Both the position numbers and the translations under genes were made by a program. A DNA stretch of 64,000 bases from the NCBI GenBank assembly GCA_029855935.1, contig JAGSHN010000005.1:142396-206395 (forward strand). The letters are read 5' to 3'. This document shows, piece by piece, positions 1-9,172 of this stretch (the first letter of the stretch is position 1; each line of letters starts with the position of its first letter). The notes below the pieces were generated by a model. It ran no database searches, was not told the origin of the DNA, and was given only the letters and a program-made list of their open reading frames with translations. The DNA comes from Candidatus Thorarchaeota archaeon. Lineage in GTDB: Archaea; Asgardarchaeota; Thorarchaeia; Thorarchaeales; Thorarchaeaceae.

Positions 1-1813
1 AGTATACAAGAACGTGAGTTGCATTCCACATCTTGAATACGCGTAGCGACTCCGTCAGATTCAAGGCCATCAACGCATAGCCCATAAGAGCTATCTGCGT
101 CCTATTGTGAGTTGAGTTGTCGACTATTGTTCGCCCGCCACCAGCGCTATTAATCCAGTATCCATAGTCCCACCAGCTGGCAATCGTTGCTGTGGGCGGA
201 AGAACGTTCCTGATGAAGTTCATAGCGGTCTGCCAGTCAGTGTACTGTGCACCCTCGGCAATACTGCCAGATGCGAGCTCTGGACCACTGACCTGATTCA
301 CGGTATAGCTGACACCACCAAAGACTGCCATAGATAGGACTAGAGCAACAAAACCATAGGCCATCAGCGTGTGCTCCGATGTCAGAGAAGTGCTGACTCG
401 AAACCGTCTTCTCTCAAACACCGATTTCTCGGCAACTATCTTTGCATATGGCGACAGAGTCTGATGCACAGCCACAGCTGACAGGATGGCAACCCCTGGC
501 GCGAGAATCAGAGCCAACCGGATCATGCTTCCCGCAAAGTACACCGACGTGAGGCCATATAGAAGGATGAGCCAGTCCTCATCGTGGCCTCGCTTGTAGA
601 GGAAGTACATACCGAGCGGGAAGAAGAATATCAGCACCAGAAGCGTGTTGTAGAAGCTTGACCACGGGCTCGGGAGATGCTCTGCAACAGAGGCGAAGAT
701 CCGCTGGTCGAGCCTATAGAAGGGATTGATGACCGTCAGAAACTTGCCACCGATTCGGAGAACTGCGTTGGAATTGGCGGTTCTGATTGACAGGTCAGTT
801 CCACTCCCGTATAAGAAGTAGGCACCGACGGCAATCAACGGCATGATGAGGCCTATTAGGAGCGGCTTCATGTGCGGAGAGAGTGCTGCAGCCGTAGAAA
901 CACGATACCTCTCTATGCGTGTCCAGACCTCGTAGCTGGCAAGGAGCGCACCCACAGCAATCGGGGCCATATACGAGAGGGAGGTGATGTTCTCAAATCC
1001 GTTGCGAGGAACCAGTCCCCCGATGAATAGGCCCAATGATATCGTAATCATGTAGGAGGATAGAAGGCGCCGGCTGTACCGGCCTGCAACAAACATAAGG
1101 AATGCGTAGACAGCCAGAAGATCAACGAGGAAGTCAGCTGCGCCCCACGAGGCCATCAGATATCCGACCGATAGCCCCGCACCGACCGCAGAGGCAATCG
1201 AGTCGCGTTTGATGCTGCGAGTGAAGAAGAACAGACCGAGCACTATTGCGAAAACACCAATACACTCATTGTCAAAGAAGCCTTCCACAGTTCTCTGTAG
1301 GAAGGCGGGGAGATATCCCATGAACAGCGCAGTCAGAAGCCCTACGGTGTTGTTGTAGAGCTCGCGACCAAGAAAGAATGCAACAATTGTTGTCAGAGCA
1401 CCCATCAGAGCAGGCATGATCACAGAAACAAAGGTCACACTCACGTTGATTCCGAGAGCATGTGCTGCGAAGTAGAGGAAGGCGCTGGTGAATGGTACAC
1501 CAACATAGGTGGCCGTTGCAATGTCCCGGCCAAAGGGCATCCATGTCGTGTCATCGTACCAAGTGAAGAAGGCACCATATCCATGCTCTGAGATGTACTC
1601 AGTGACCTTGAGTTGGAACCAAGGGTCGAACGCGCGGACTATTGGCTGCCTATCGACAAGAGGAAGAAGCCGAAGGGCGAGTGACACGAAGAAAATTATC
1701 GTCAAGGCAACAATGACCATCACGGATCCTCGTGAGATCTTTGCTTTCGGACGGTGAAATACCTGGCGGAGAAATCTGCCTGCAGACCTCTTGAGCTTCC
1801 TGAATCGGGCCAT
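1..1813 (-). CDS. aglB: Oligosaccharyltransferase catalytic subunit AglB/STT3, eukaryote-like (3' end runs off window)
   Basis: Not in ORF track (no stop in window). Manual translation from ATG 1813: MARFRKLK...RAFDPWFQ...WYDDTTWMPFGR...GFFDNECIG...IFASVAEHLP...ASWWDYGYWI...VDNSTHNRTQI; many TM segments. Confidence 0.95.
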   Translation of the reverse strand, partial: MARFRKLKRSAGRFLRQVFHRPKAKISRGSVMVIVALTIIFFVSLALRLLPLVDRQPIVRAFDPWFQLKVTEYISEHGYGAFFTWYDDTTWMPFGRDIATATYVGVPFTSAFLYFAAHALGINVSVTFVSVIMPALMGALTTIVAFFLGRELYNNTVGLLTALFMGYLPAFLQRTVEGFFDNECIGVFAIVLGLFFFTRSIKRDSIASAVGAGLSVGYLMASWGAADFLVDLLAVYAFLMFVAGRYSRRLLSSYMITISLGLFIGGLVPRNGFENITSLSYMAPIAVGALLASYEVWTRIERYRVSTAAALSPHMKPLLIGLIMPLIAVGAYFLYGSGTDLSIRTANSNAVLRIGGKFLTVINPFYRLDQRIFASVAEHLPSPWSSFYNTLLVLIFFFPLGMYFLYKRGHDEDWLILLYGLTSVYFAGSMIRLALILAPGVAILSAVAVHQTLSPYAKIVAEKSVFERRRFRVSTSLTSEHTLMAYGFVALVLSMAVFGGVSYTVNQVSGPELASGSIAEGAQYTDWQTAMNFIRNVLPPTATIASWWDYGYWINSAGGGRTIVDNSTHNRTQIALMGYALMALNLTESLRVFKMWNATHVLVY

Positions 1814-2127
1814 AATGGGTGCGCTCTCCAATTCGTCTGGAATCATCGGCATCAGACTGTGGATGTGCTAAAAAGGTTGCGTTTGGAGGGGCACTTGTAC
1901 TAGGACTGCAAACAGCTGTCATGTAGAACTTCGTCGTTTTTGGAAATCTCGCGAGTGAATCATAGAGGCTCAAGGCAGAAAAGGAGTGCTACGATTCAGG
2001 AAGACAGGTGGCGAGCCAAGTCAGGGTGCAGATGACCGACGCCATTGGCACACGGTTGCCCACTGGATGGCTAATCAGTATCCAGCGATGTAGGAACACA
2101 GATAGAAGCGGTGAGAGAGGGAACAGG

Positions 2128-2155
2128 GTCGCCCCATCACGTGCCCCGGGGCGAC
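2128..2155 (-). terminator. GC-rich hairpin just downstream of gcvH
   Basis: GTCGCCCC-N12-GGGGCGAC perfect 8-bp inverted repeat 2 nt after the stop codon; no clear U tract. Confidence 0.35.
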
Positions 2156-2157
2156 TA

Positions 2158-2562
2158 CTATTCTTGCAGTTCCGCGATGTACTTGGAATACTCCTCACTG
2201 GTCATCAGAGATTTGAGGTCCTCTTCTAACTTGGATGGACGAATCTTGAACATCCATCCTCGACCGTACGGGTCCTCATTCACAATCTCGGGAGCATCTT
2301 CAAGTTCGGTGTTGACCTCGATGATCTCACCGCTGACTGGACTGAAGATGTCGGATGAGGCCTTCATCGACTCGACGAGCCCGCATTCTTCCCCCGCATT
2401 GACGACGGTCCCGACCTCACTTATCTCGACATAGGTGATCTCGTGAAGCGCGTGTTGGGCATGGTCGGTTATTCCAACAACGACCACTCCATCTTCAATT
2501 CGAGCCCATTCATGATCCTTCGAGTAGTAGAGCCCGTCAACGACCTTCTTTCCTTCGCTCAT
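2158..2562 (-). CDS. gcvH: Glycine cleavage system H protein
   Basis: YSKDHEW, GITDHAQ, lipoyl motif VESMKASSD, VNEDPYGRGW. Confidence 0.95.
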   Translation of the reverse strand: MSEGKKVVDGLYYSKDHEWARIEDGVVVVGITDHAQHALHEITYVEISEVGTVVNAGEECGLVESMKASSDIFSPVSGEIIEVNTELEDAPEIVNEDPYGRGWMFKIRPSKLEEDLKSLMTSEEYSKYIAELQE

Positions 2563-2633
2563 CAGAGTGCACCTTCGCTCTTGGCTGACGCACAAGGGTG
2601 CTTAAATGAGTTGCTGCAAAGCTAGCGGCCTAC

Positions 2634-3782
2634 CTACTGATTGCGCGCTTCACCATATCTCTGTGGGTCGTAGAATGGCCATTTGCGAGCCTCAGCACGT
2701 CTAATTCTGCCCTTGATGTCAACCTCTATAGTATCACCCTCGTCGACCGAGCCGGGTGAAACATAGCCCATACCAATGCCCTTACCGAGGATGGGTGAGA
2801 GCCCGCCACTTGTGACAACTCCTATTTCATTGCCATCCGACAATAGTCGATACCCCTGTCGTGGAATACCACGGTCCACCATCACGAATCCTATTCTTGT
2901 CTTGCGAATCGCCCCCTCTTTCTTGTGTCTATATACAACGTCATAGCCAATATAGTGGGGCTCGACCTTCAGCTTAACTGCATAGGGGATCCGTGCCTCA
3001 ATCGGCGATGTGTCCTCATCAAGCTCGTGACCGTACAGCACAAAACCAGCCTCGAGACGGGTCGAGTCGCGAGATCCAAGCCCACAGGGGCGCGCCCCAA
3101 GGTCTTCACCGGTTGAGAGTATTCTCTCCCAGAACTCTATTGCTTTCCTACGTCCCTCATCGTTGAAGGGAGTGTCAAGCAATAGAATCTCGCCACCAGC
3201 CTCACCAGTGTACCCAGTTCGGCACAAGTAGCAATCTTGGCCAAACAATGTCATCCGACTACAGCTGAAACGTGGAAGAGAGCGAACATCGGTGTTTGCC
3301 ATCCTTGAGAGAAGCTCAAGAGCGTTTGGACCTTGGACCGCAATCATGACAACCCTGCGCGACCAGTCCTCCAGATGGACATCGAACCCACTGGAATGCT
3401 CTTGGAGATGGCCCCAGATCTTGGAGGCATTCGATGCATTGGTGACCCAGATGAATTCGTGCTCGCCTACTCGATAGAGCATCAGGTCGTCTCGCACGCC
3501 GCCTCGCTCATTGAGACAGGTCGAGTAGTGTCCCATATTGATGCGCAACTTCCGGACGTTGTTTGTTGTCACGGTCTGCAGAAAGTCGACCGCATCGGGG
3601 CCAGATATGGAGAAGCGTGCCATATGGGTGGTATCGAATATTCCGACCGCCTCTCGAACCGCCATATGCTCCTCGCGAATATCGCTAAACCGGACTGGCA
3701 TCTCCCATCCTGCAAACTCTACGATGTCGCCATGCTTCACATGCCATTCGTATAGGTGAGTCCTCTTCAGACCTGTATTCAT
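2634..3782 (-). CDS. gcvT: Glycine cleavage system aminomethyltransferase T
   Basis: LKRTHLYEWH, FAGWEMP, RTGYTGE, GLGSRDSTRLEAG. Confidence 0.95.
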   Translation of the reverse strand: MNTGLKRTHLYEWHVKHGDIVEFAGWEMPVRFSDIREEHMAVREAVGIFDTTHMARFSISGPDAVDFLQTVTTNNVRKLRINMGHYSTCLNERGGVRDDLMLYRVGEHEFIWVTNASNASKIWGHLQEHSSGFDVHLEDWSRRVVMIAVQGPNALELLSRMANTDVRSLPRFSCSRMTLFGQDCYLCRTGYTGEAGGEILLLDTPFNDEGRRKAIEFWERILSTGEDLGARPCGLGSRDSTRLEAGFVLYGHELDEDTSPIEARIPYAVKLKVEPHYIGYDVVYRHKKEGAIRKTRIGFVMVDRGIPRQGYRLLSDGNEIGVVTSGGLSPILGKGIGMGYVSPGSVDEGDTIEVDIKGRIRRAEARKWPFYDPQRYGEARNQ

Positions 3783-3858
3783 AGGGGCACCACTGTATGC
3801 TCGGCCGGCCATGCTAGGTTTTAATTTCTTCCATTCTTGCGAAACTTGGCGAGCGCAG

Positions 3859-5088
3859 ATGTTGTATCAACGACAGGTACGTGTGAGGGACACATATGTC
3901 GGGCGTGACGCGCCCACGCGTCTAATGGCCGTTGTGAATGTCTCTAGCGAGTCGTTCTTTGCAGGCTCGGTAGTGGCCCCCGAGAGCATCGACAAGAGAG
4001 TGAGGCTGTTAGAGAGGCAGGGAGCAGAGATCATAGACATAGGTGGGGCATCCAGCGCGCCCACAGAGATCTATGGTACTGAGCATATCTCCGTCGAGGA
4101 AGAATTGAAACGGATACAGCGAGCAATGAGGGTTGCACGAGACGCAACCGACCTCCCCATCTCGATTGACACTAGCTCTGCAGATGTGGCAAGGTTGGCT
4201 CTGGACCTCGGTGCGGATATGGTCAATGATATCACTGGCCTCAAGGGAGACCCACAGATGGCACCTCTTGTAGTGAGAGAGGACGTTCCGGTGGTGATAA
4301 TGGCGAGCTGCAATGGGCCGTGCCAAGATGCAGAAACGACATGGATGGAAATGAAGAGGAGTCTTGAGCTGGCAGCACAGGCAGGAATTGATGATGACAA
4401 GATAGTCATTGACCCGGGCATAGGATTTGGGAGACCACCAGATGAGGACTTCCGGCTCATCAGGGAGTTGCCCATGTTTTGCACTCTCGGTCATCCGGTC
4501 CTAGTAGGAGTTTCTCGAAAGGCATTCATAGGAAGCCTTCTCAATCACCCGAACCCCGAGGACCGCCTCATAGGAAGTGTTGCCGTCACATCAGTCGCAG
4601 TCGCAAATGGCGCGGACATAATCAGGACGCATGATGTCGAGGAAACAAGGGAGGCAATACAGATAGGGCTGGCGCTTAGAAGACCTGAGATACGGAACGA
4701 GGAAACCGTCCTCCTTGACAATGTGGAAGAGCCTCAGCTGATCTCTGTGCTCGAGAGGATTGGTGTTGATCCGGAGATTAGAGGAAGATTGACGAAAAAG
4801 AGTGTCATGCTGAATCTGTTGATTGGAAGTGTTGCCACACCTGCCGCGCTCGTGATAAAGCAGGAGATGCTGGCATTGGGCGGCGATGCCGCCTACCACA
4901 GAGACGTTATTGACTGCAGGGTATCAGACACCACTCTCTTGATTGTGGGGACTCCATTGCAGTTGGAGAAACTAGGGAGGCGACTGCGAAAGATGAACTA
5001 CTTCGGATTGCCGAGGATTGCTGAACAGATTCGATATATCTTGGAGAAGAGAGAGGAGAGGGCGGTGGTCCCGGTTGGACTGGGCTGA
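3859..5088 (+). CDS. folP: Dihydropteroate synthase with C-terminal accessory domain
   Basis: MAVVNVSSESF, IDIGG, ISIDT, IDPGIGF, VGVSRKAFIG, IIRTHDV; extra ~125 aa containing IKQEMLALGGDAA. Confidence 0.9.
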   Translation: MLYQRQVRVRDTYVGRDAPTRLMAVVNVSSESFFAGSVVAPESIDKRVRLLERQGAEIIDIGGASSAPTEIYGTEHISVEEELKRIQRAMRVARDATDLPISIDTSSADVARLALDLGADMVNDITGLKGDPQMAPLVVREDVPVVIMASCNGPCQDAETTWMEMKRSLELAAQAGIDDDKIVIDPGIGFGRPPDEDFRLIRELPMFCTLGHPVLVGVSRKAFIGSLLNHPNPEDRLIGSVAVTSVAVANGADIIRTHDVEETREAIQIGLALRRPEIRNEETVLLDNVEEPQLISVLERIGVDPEIRGRLTKKSVMLNLLIGSVATPAALVIKQEMLALGGDAAYHRDVIDCRVSDTTLLIVGTPLQLEKLGRRLRKMNYFGLPRIAEQIRYILEKREERAVVPVGLG

Positions 5089-5809
5089 GTGGAAACCTCT
5101 GTATTTGCGGATAGTAGATATGCTTGGTCTCGATGTCGAAGCGGACAGGCGTGCCACTGCCATGTTGGATCGCCTGCTCGCTAGCCGTGACGTAGATGAT
5201 CTCGTGCAGAAACTCAGACGGACAATATATGATACGGAGGTCATAGTGTGTGGAGCTGCCCCCTCACTTGACGCCCATCTCAGGATGATCAAGGAACAGC
5301 ATTTCGCGGACGGGCGGGTGGTCATTGCAGCAGATGGGGCACTGGAGGCGCTGATAGGTGAGGAAGTCCATTGTGATATAGTCGTCACAGACCTTGATGG
5401 TGATCGGGGAGGGCTGATTCCCTCTACAAGACAGGGCACCCTTGCGGTAGTCCATGCACACGGAGACAACATCCCGCTCATACGAAGCGTTGTGCCGAGA
5501 GCATCTAATATCATTGGTAGTACCCAGGTTGAGCCGACTGAACATGTACATCTTTGGGGCGGTTTCACCGATGGGGACAGAGCATGCTATCTAGCGGCCC
5601 ACTACAGCCCACGCAAGATAATCCTAGCAGGCATGGACTTTGGGAGCATAGTTGGGAGATGGTCCAAGCCCGCGTGTGAGTCAGCGTCCCCAGCGAGCAG
5701 ACAAAAGCGTCTCAAGATGTCGATTGGGAGGTGGCTTCTCTCTACGATAGAGAAACGGTTTCACGTCCCTCTGACGTATGTTGACAATGAAACTGTGTTT
5801 CAGCGCTGA
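5075..5809 (+). CDS. mptE: 6-hydroxymethyl-7,8-dihydropterin pyrophosphokinase MptE (DUF115)
   Basis: IAADGA, VVTDLDG, VHAHGDN, GGFTDGDRA, GMDF; TTG start overlapping folP end. Confidence 0.9.
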   Translation: MDWAEWKPLYLRIVDMLGLDVEADRRATAMLDRLLASRDVDDLVQKLRRTIYDTEVIVCGAAPSLDAHLRMIKEQHFADGRVVIAADGALEALIGEEVHCDIVVTDLDGDRGGLIPSTRQGTLAVVHAHGDNIPLIRSVVPRASNIIGSTQVEPTEHVHLWGGFTDGDRACYLAAHYSPRKIILAGMDFGSIVGRWSKPACESASPASRQKRLKMSIGRWLLSTIEKRFHVPLTYVDNETVFQR

Positions 5810-6225
5810 GGTGGCAACTTGAGGCCGAAGAGATACGTCATTATGAGGTACGCAGCACCAGCGAGGATAGCACCAAGTATTAGGAGACGAGTCGCGTAAC
5901 CCGGCTGAAACACGTACTTCGAGGAGTAGTATATGAGGCCCAAGCCCAATGTCCCTATGAAAATAACCACCGACGCCACAAGGCCCTCCATTCCTAGCTG
6001 TACGTCAATTCCTCTCACAACAAGAATGGGCTCGCCATTGGGGCCACCAGCAATGGGCGGAGGAGTCTTCACCAGCGTGTAGATGTTTCCGCCGAGAACG
6101 AAGAGTATGGCAATGAACATGATTCCAAAGACCACTATGTCAGGAGGCCGTGTCGGCGTACTGAATCTCGGACGAGCTAGACGCATCCGAGGTCGAACTA
6201 TGAACTTGGGCCACCACATCTTCAC
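5800..6225 (-). CDS. OST3/OST6-family membrane protein, DC2/OSTC-like
   Basis: 141 aa, 3 TM; LGGNIY..V..PP, QLGMEGLVAS, C-terminal F..KLP match the DC2 pattern (recalled). Confidence 0.8.
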   Translation of the reverse strand: MKMWWPKFIVRPRMRLARPRFSTPTRPPDIVVFGIMFIAILFVLGGNIYTLVKTPPPIAGGPNGEPILVVRGIDVQLGMEGLVASVVIFIGTLGLGLIYYSSKYVFQPGYATRLLILGAILAGAAYLIMTYLFGLKLPPQR

Positions 6226-6406
6226 TTGGCAAACCTCAGGCTGCGAAATAGCGGTCGGCTTTTAAGAATATCGCGAGATGAGAAATCGCACTAGGGCAGG
6301 TCATGGCCAGATCACTCACCAGTGACACAATCACTTCGATAGTCCTTCAAGATACCTTCAACCACCACTCGCAACTATGGCCTCGTCATAACCAGGGGAG
6401 AGAAAG

Positions 6407-8533
6407 ATGGCGAAAGTCCTGATAATCTCAGAGAAGCCGGCTGCAGCCGAGAAAATAGCGTTGGCATTGGATGAGAAGCATGAACCAAAGGTCATCAAGG
6501 CCAGAGGAGCATCATACTATGAATGCGAGAGAAACAACGACACGCTCTTTGTTGTCTATGCACTTGGGCACCTGTACGAACTCAAGCAGACACAGAAGGG
6601 ATGGACGTATCCACGGTTCGAAACCAAATGGGTCCCAAAGTACGAGGTAGAAAAGAAGGCCACGAACGTCAAACCTGTCATCAGTCTCATCCGGAAACTG
6701 TCCAAGGAGTCTGATGCCTTTGTCGTTGCAACGGACTATGACATAGAGGGAAGTCTCATCGGATATCTCGCACTCAAGTACGCGTGCGGAGTCGACCTTC
6801 AGAGGGCAAGAAGAATGCGCTTCTCCACGCTCACCGTGGGAGAACTGGAGAGAGCCTATGTCAACGCTCTGCCCAGCCTAGACTTCCCGCTTGTACGTGC
6901 AGGCTGTCTGAGGCACAAGGTTGACTGGCTATACGGGATCAACCTAACTCGGGCACTGACACTATCAATCAAGAGAGCAGCAGGCTGGTTCAAGATTGTT
7001 TCGACTGGGAGGGTGCAGGGCCCGACGCTGGCGCTTGTGGCTGAACGGGAGAAGCAGATCAATAGCTTTGTTCCCACCCCCTACTGGGTCATAGTCGGCA
7101 GAGTGAGAGTCAATGACAAGACCATCGACATAGATTATAGACGGCAGCGCATCCAGACGCGAATGGAGGCTCAATCTGTCGTCAATGCGCTTCAAGGCAA
7201 GCAACTTACCGTGACGCAAGTAGAAAGCAAGAGAAGGAAGCTCGGCCCACCAGTACCGTTCAATCTCAGCGGACTCCAGAGCGAGGCATACAGGCACTTT
7301 GGCTTCAGGCCAAGTCGTACACTGGCGATAGCGCAGAAACTGTATCTTGATGCCCTCATCTCATATCCCCGGACATCGAGCCAGCAGATTCCCGACAGTA
7401 TAGATACTCGCAGTATATTGCGGCAACTGGGTGAACAGAAGAAGTATGCAAGAATCGTCGAAGAAGTGCTGCAAAGCGGAAGGGAGAGGCCAGTACAAGG
7501 GAAGAAGACGGATCCTGCACATCCTGCCATCCATCCTACAGGCAATGCACCAACAAGGAAATTGACACCAAGCGAGAGGAAGCTGTACGATCTGGTCGTC
7601 CGCAGGTTCGTTGCACTGTTCGGGAAGGATGCCCTGAGGGAGAGCGTGAGGGTGACTCTGAAGCACGATGAGCACATCTTCTACATCAGGGGACGACGCA
7701 TATTGGAGCGTGGCTGGATAGAATACTACGAACCATACGTTGAGATGGGCGAACGGGAGGTCCCGGCACTTGCAGAGGGCGATGTCTTGAAGATTGCGGA
7801 GGTAGTAGCCGAGGAGAAGACAACGACGCCCCCGCCGCGGTACAATCCTTCCAGTCTTTTGAAGGAACTTGAGAAGCAGGGCCTTGGTACGAAGGCCACG
7901 CGCGCCTCCATTGTCGACTCGCTAAAATCACGAGGCTACACTCTGAACGACAAGTTTGAGCTGTCGGCACTTGGCTACGCGGCATTTGAAACACTCGAAC
8001 GTCACGTTCCCGAGATCCTCTCGGCTGAGTTCACACGGAGGTTGGAGCGGCATATGGAGGAGGTACAACTGGGGAAACGCACAATGGAGGAGGTTCTCAA
8101 TGAGGCGGAGGCGACCCTTGGAAGAATCCTCGAACAGTTCAAGGAGAGAGAGGAGGCCATAGGCGAAGAGCTGGTTGCGGGACTCAGAGGCTATTGGAGA
8201 GAGAGGGAGGAGATTGGGCTGTGTCCGAAATGTGGTGAAGGAACCTTGGTCATCATACGCTCCCCAAAGACCGGAAAACGGTTTATCGGATGCTCAAGAT
8301 ACAAAGAGGGTGGCTGTGATGCGACATTCCCGCTACCTCAGAAGGGGACCATCACCCCCTTGAAGAAGAAATGCGAATACTGTGGGTATCAGATGATTAG
8401 GATCTCGCGAGGAAAGAGGGGGTGGGAAACCTGCATCAATTGGGCCCAGTGTCCGGGACGCCAAGATCAGCTCAAGCGGCTGAGAGAGCGACAACGTCAG
8501 GAGGAAACAAAGGAGGGCGACAATAGTGAGTGA
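6407..8533 (+). CDS. topA: DNA topoisomerase IA (archaeal Topo I/III) with C-terminal Zn ribbons
   Basis: IISEKP, ATDYDIEG, GRVQGP, catalytic ISYPRT, AHPAIHPT, GLGTKATR, CxxC ribbons. Confidence 0.95.
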   Translation: MAKVLIISEKPAAAEKIALALDEKHEPKVIKARGASYYECERNNDTLFVVYALGHLYELKQTQKGWTYPRFETKWVPKYEVEKKATNVKPVISLIRKLSKESDAFVVATDYDIEGSLIGYLALKYACGVDLQRARRMRFSTLTVGELERAYVNALPSLDFPLVRAGCLRHKVDWLYGINLTRALTLSIKRAAGWFKIVSTGRVQGPTLALVAEREKQINSFVPTPYWVIVGRVRVNDKTIDIDYRRQRIQTRMEAQSVVNALQGKQLTVTQVESKRRKLGPPVPFNLSGLQSEAYRHFGFRPSRTLAIAQKLYLDALISYPRTSSQQIPDSIDTRSILRQLGEQKKYARIVEEVLQSGRERPVQGKKTDPAHPAIHPTGNAPTRKLTPSERKLYDLVVRRFVALFGKDALRESVRVTLKHDEHIFYIRGRRILERGWIEYYEPYVEMGEREVPALAEGDVLKIAEVVAEEKTTTPPPRYNPSSLLKELEKQGLGTKATRASIVDSLKSRGYTLNDKFELSALGYAAFETLERHVPEILSAEFTRRLERHMEEVQLGKRTMEEVLNEAEATLGRILEQFKEREEAIGEELVAGLRGYWREREEIGLCPKCGEGTLVIIRSPKTGKRFIGCSRYKEGGCDATFPLPQKGTITPLKKKCEYCGYQMIRISRGKRGWETCINWAQCPGRQDQLKRLRERQRQEETKEGDNSE

Positions 8534-8756
8534 GTGTAGAATCTGTGGGAGGGAGCCGGTAGATGGCAGGTACTGTAGATATCATAGGGTCGCATTCGAC
8601 AATCTAAGAGAGAAATATGCGGTGTGGAAAGAGGCGGCGGGTGTGTCGTGGGACGACTACCTAGAGCGATTGAGGCAGAACCCGGAAACGGGCCGATGGG
8701 TCTTAGAACTCATCGAGGATCTGATGACAGAAGATGATCCTTCAGTGACTGCATAA
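8526..8756 (+). CDS. Small Zn-finger protein coupled to topA
   Basis: CRICGR..YCRYH; overlaps topA stop, GGAGG upstream. Confidence 0.65.
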   Translation: MSECRICGREPVDGRYCRYHRVAFDNLREKYAVWKEAAGVSWDDYLERLRQNPETGRWVLELIEDLMTEDDPSVTA

Positions 8757-9096
8757 GACTTGGCAATATGTCCCGACCAAGTCGGTCAACCGACACGATG
8801 GCAAGACATGGGCGGCCAGTCCATCGAGACACCTGTTCCGCTATCACTCGAACAATCATCTGTTCTGCGTCAACACCGAAAAGCGGTGTGGAGAGCGGGC
8901 CCTCCATACCCGATGCTCCAGGAAATGCCAGTGCAATTGGGCCGATACGGAACCCCTCTGTGGAAGACAATAGCAGCACGATAGAGTCTGCGAGATGAAG
9001 CGCTCGCCCATATACCCTTCCAGCTTGCGTTTCAATCACAAAGTCAGACAGTTCGGTGGATGCCATAGGTTCTATGACCTCATTCCCAATAGTCAT
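8710..9096 (-). CDS. Proteasome assembly chaperone 4 (PAC4)-like protein
   Basis: LADSIVL..IGPIALA..STPLFG..IAEQVSRWTGRP resembles the PSMG4 pattern; start may be 9066. Confidence 0.55.
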   Translation of the reverse strand: MTIGNEVIEPMASTELSDFVIETQAGRVYGRALHLADSIVLLLSSTEGFRIGPIALAFPGASGMEGPLSTPLFGVDAEQMIVRVIAEQVSRWTGRPCLAIVSVDRLGRDILPSLMQSLKDHLLSSDPR

Positions 9097-9172
9097 GCGT
9101 CAATCTCGACGCCCTACCAACTGTGAGACAATAGCATTATCAAGATGTTGCATGCCTATCCACGAGAGCCGA

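Noticed and set aside
1814-2157. Short ORFs or ncRNA between gcvH and aglB
   Set aside because: No coherent protein or recognisable RNA fold beyond one hairpin.
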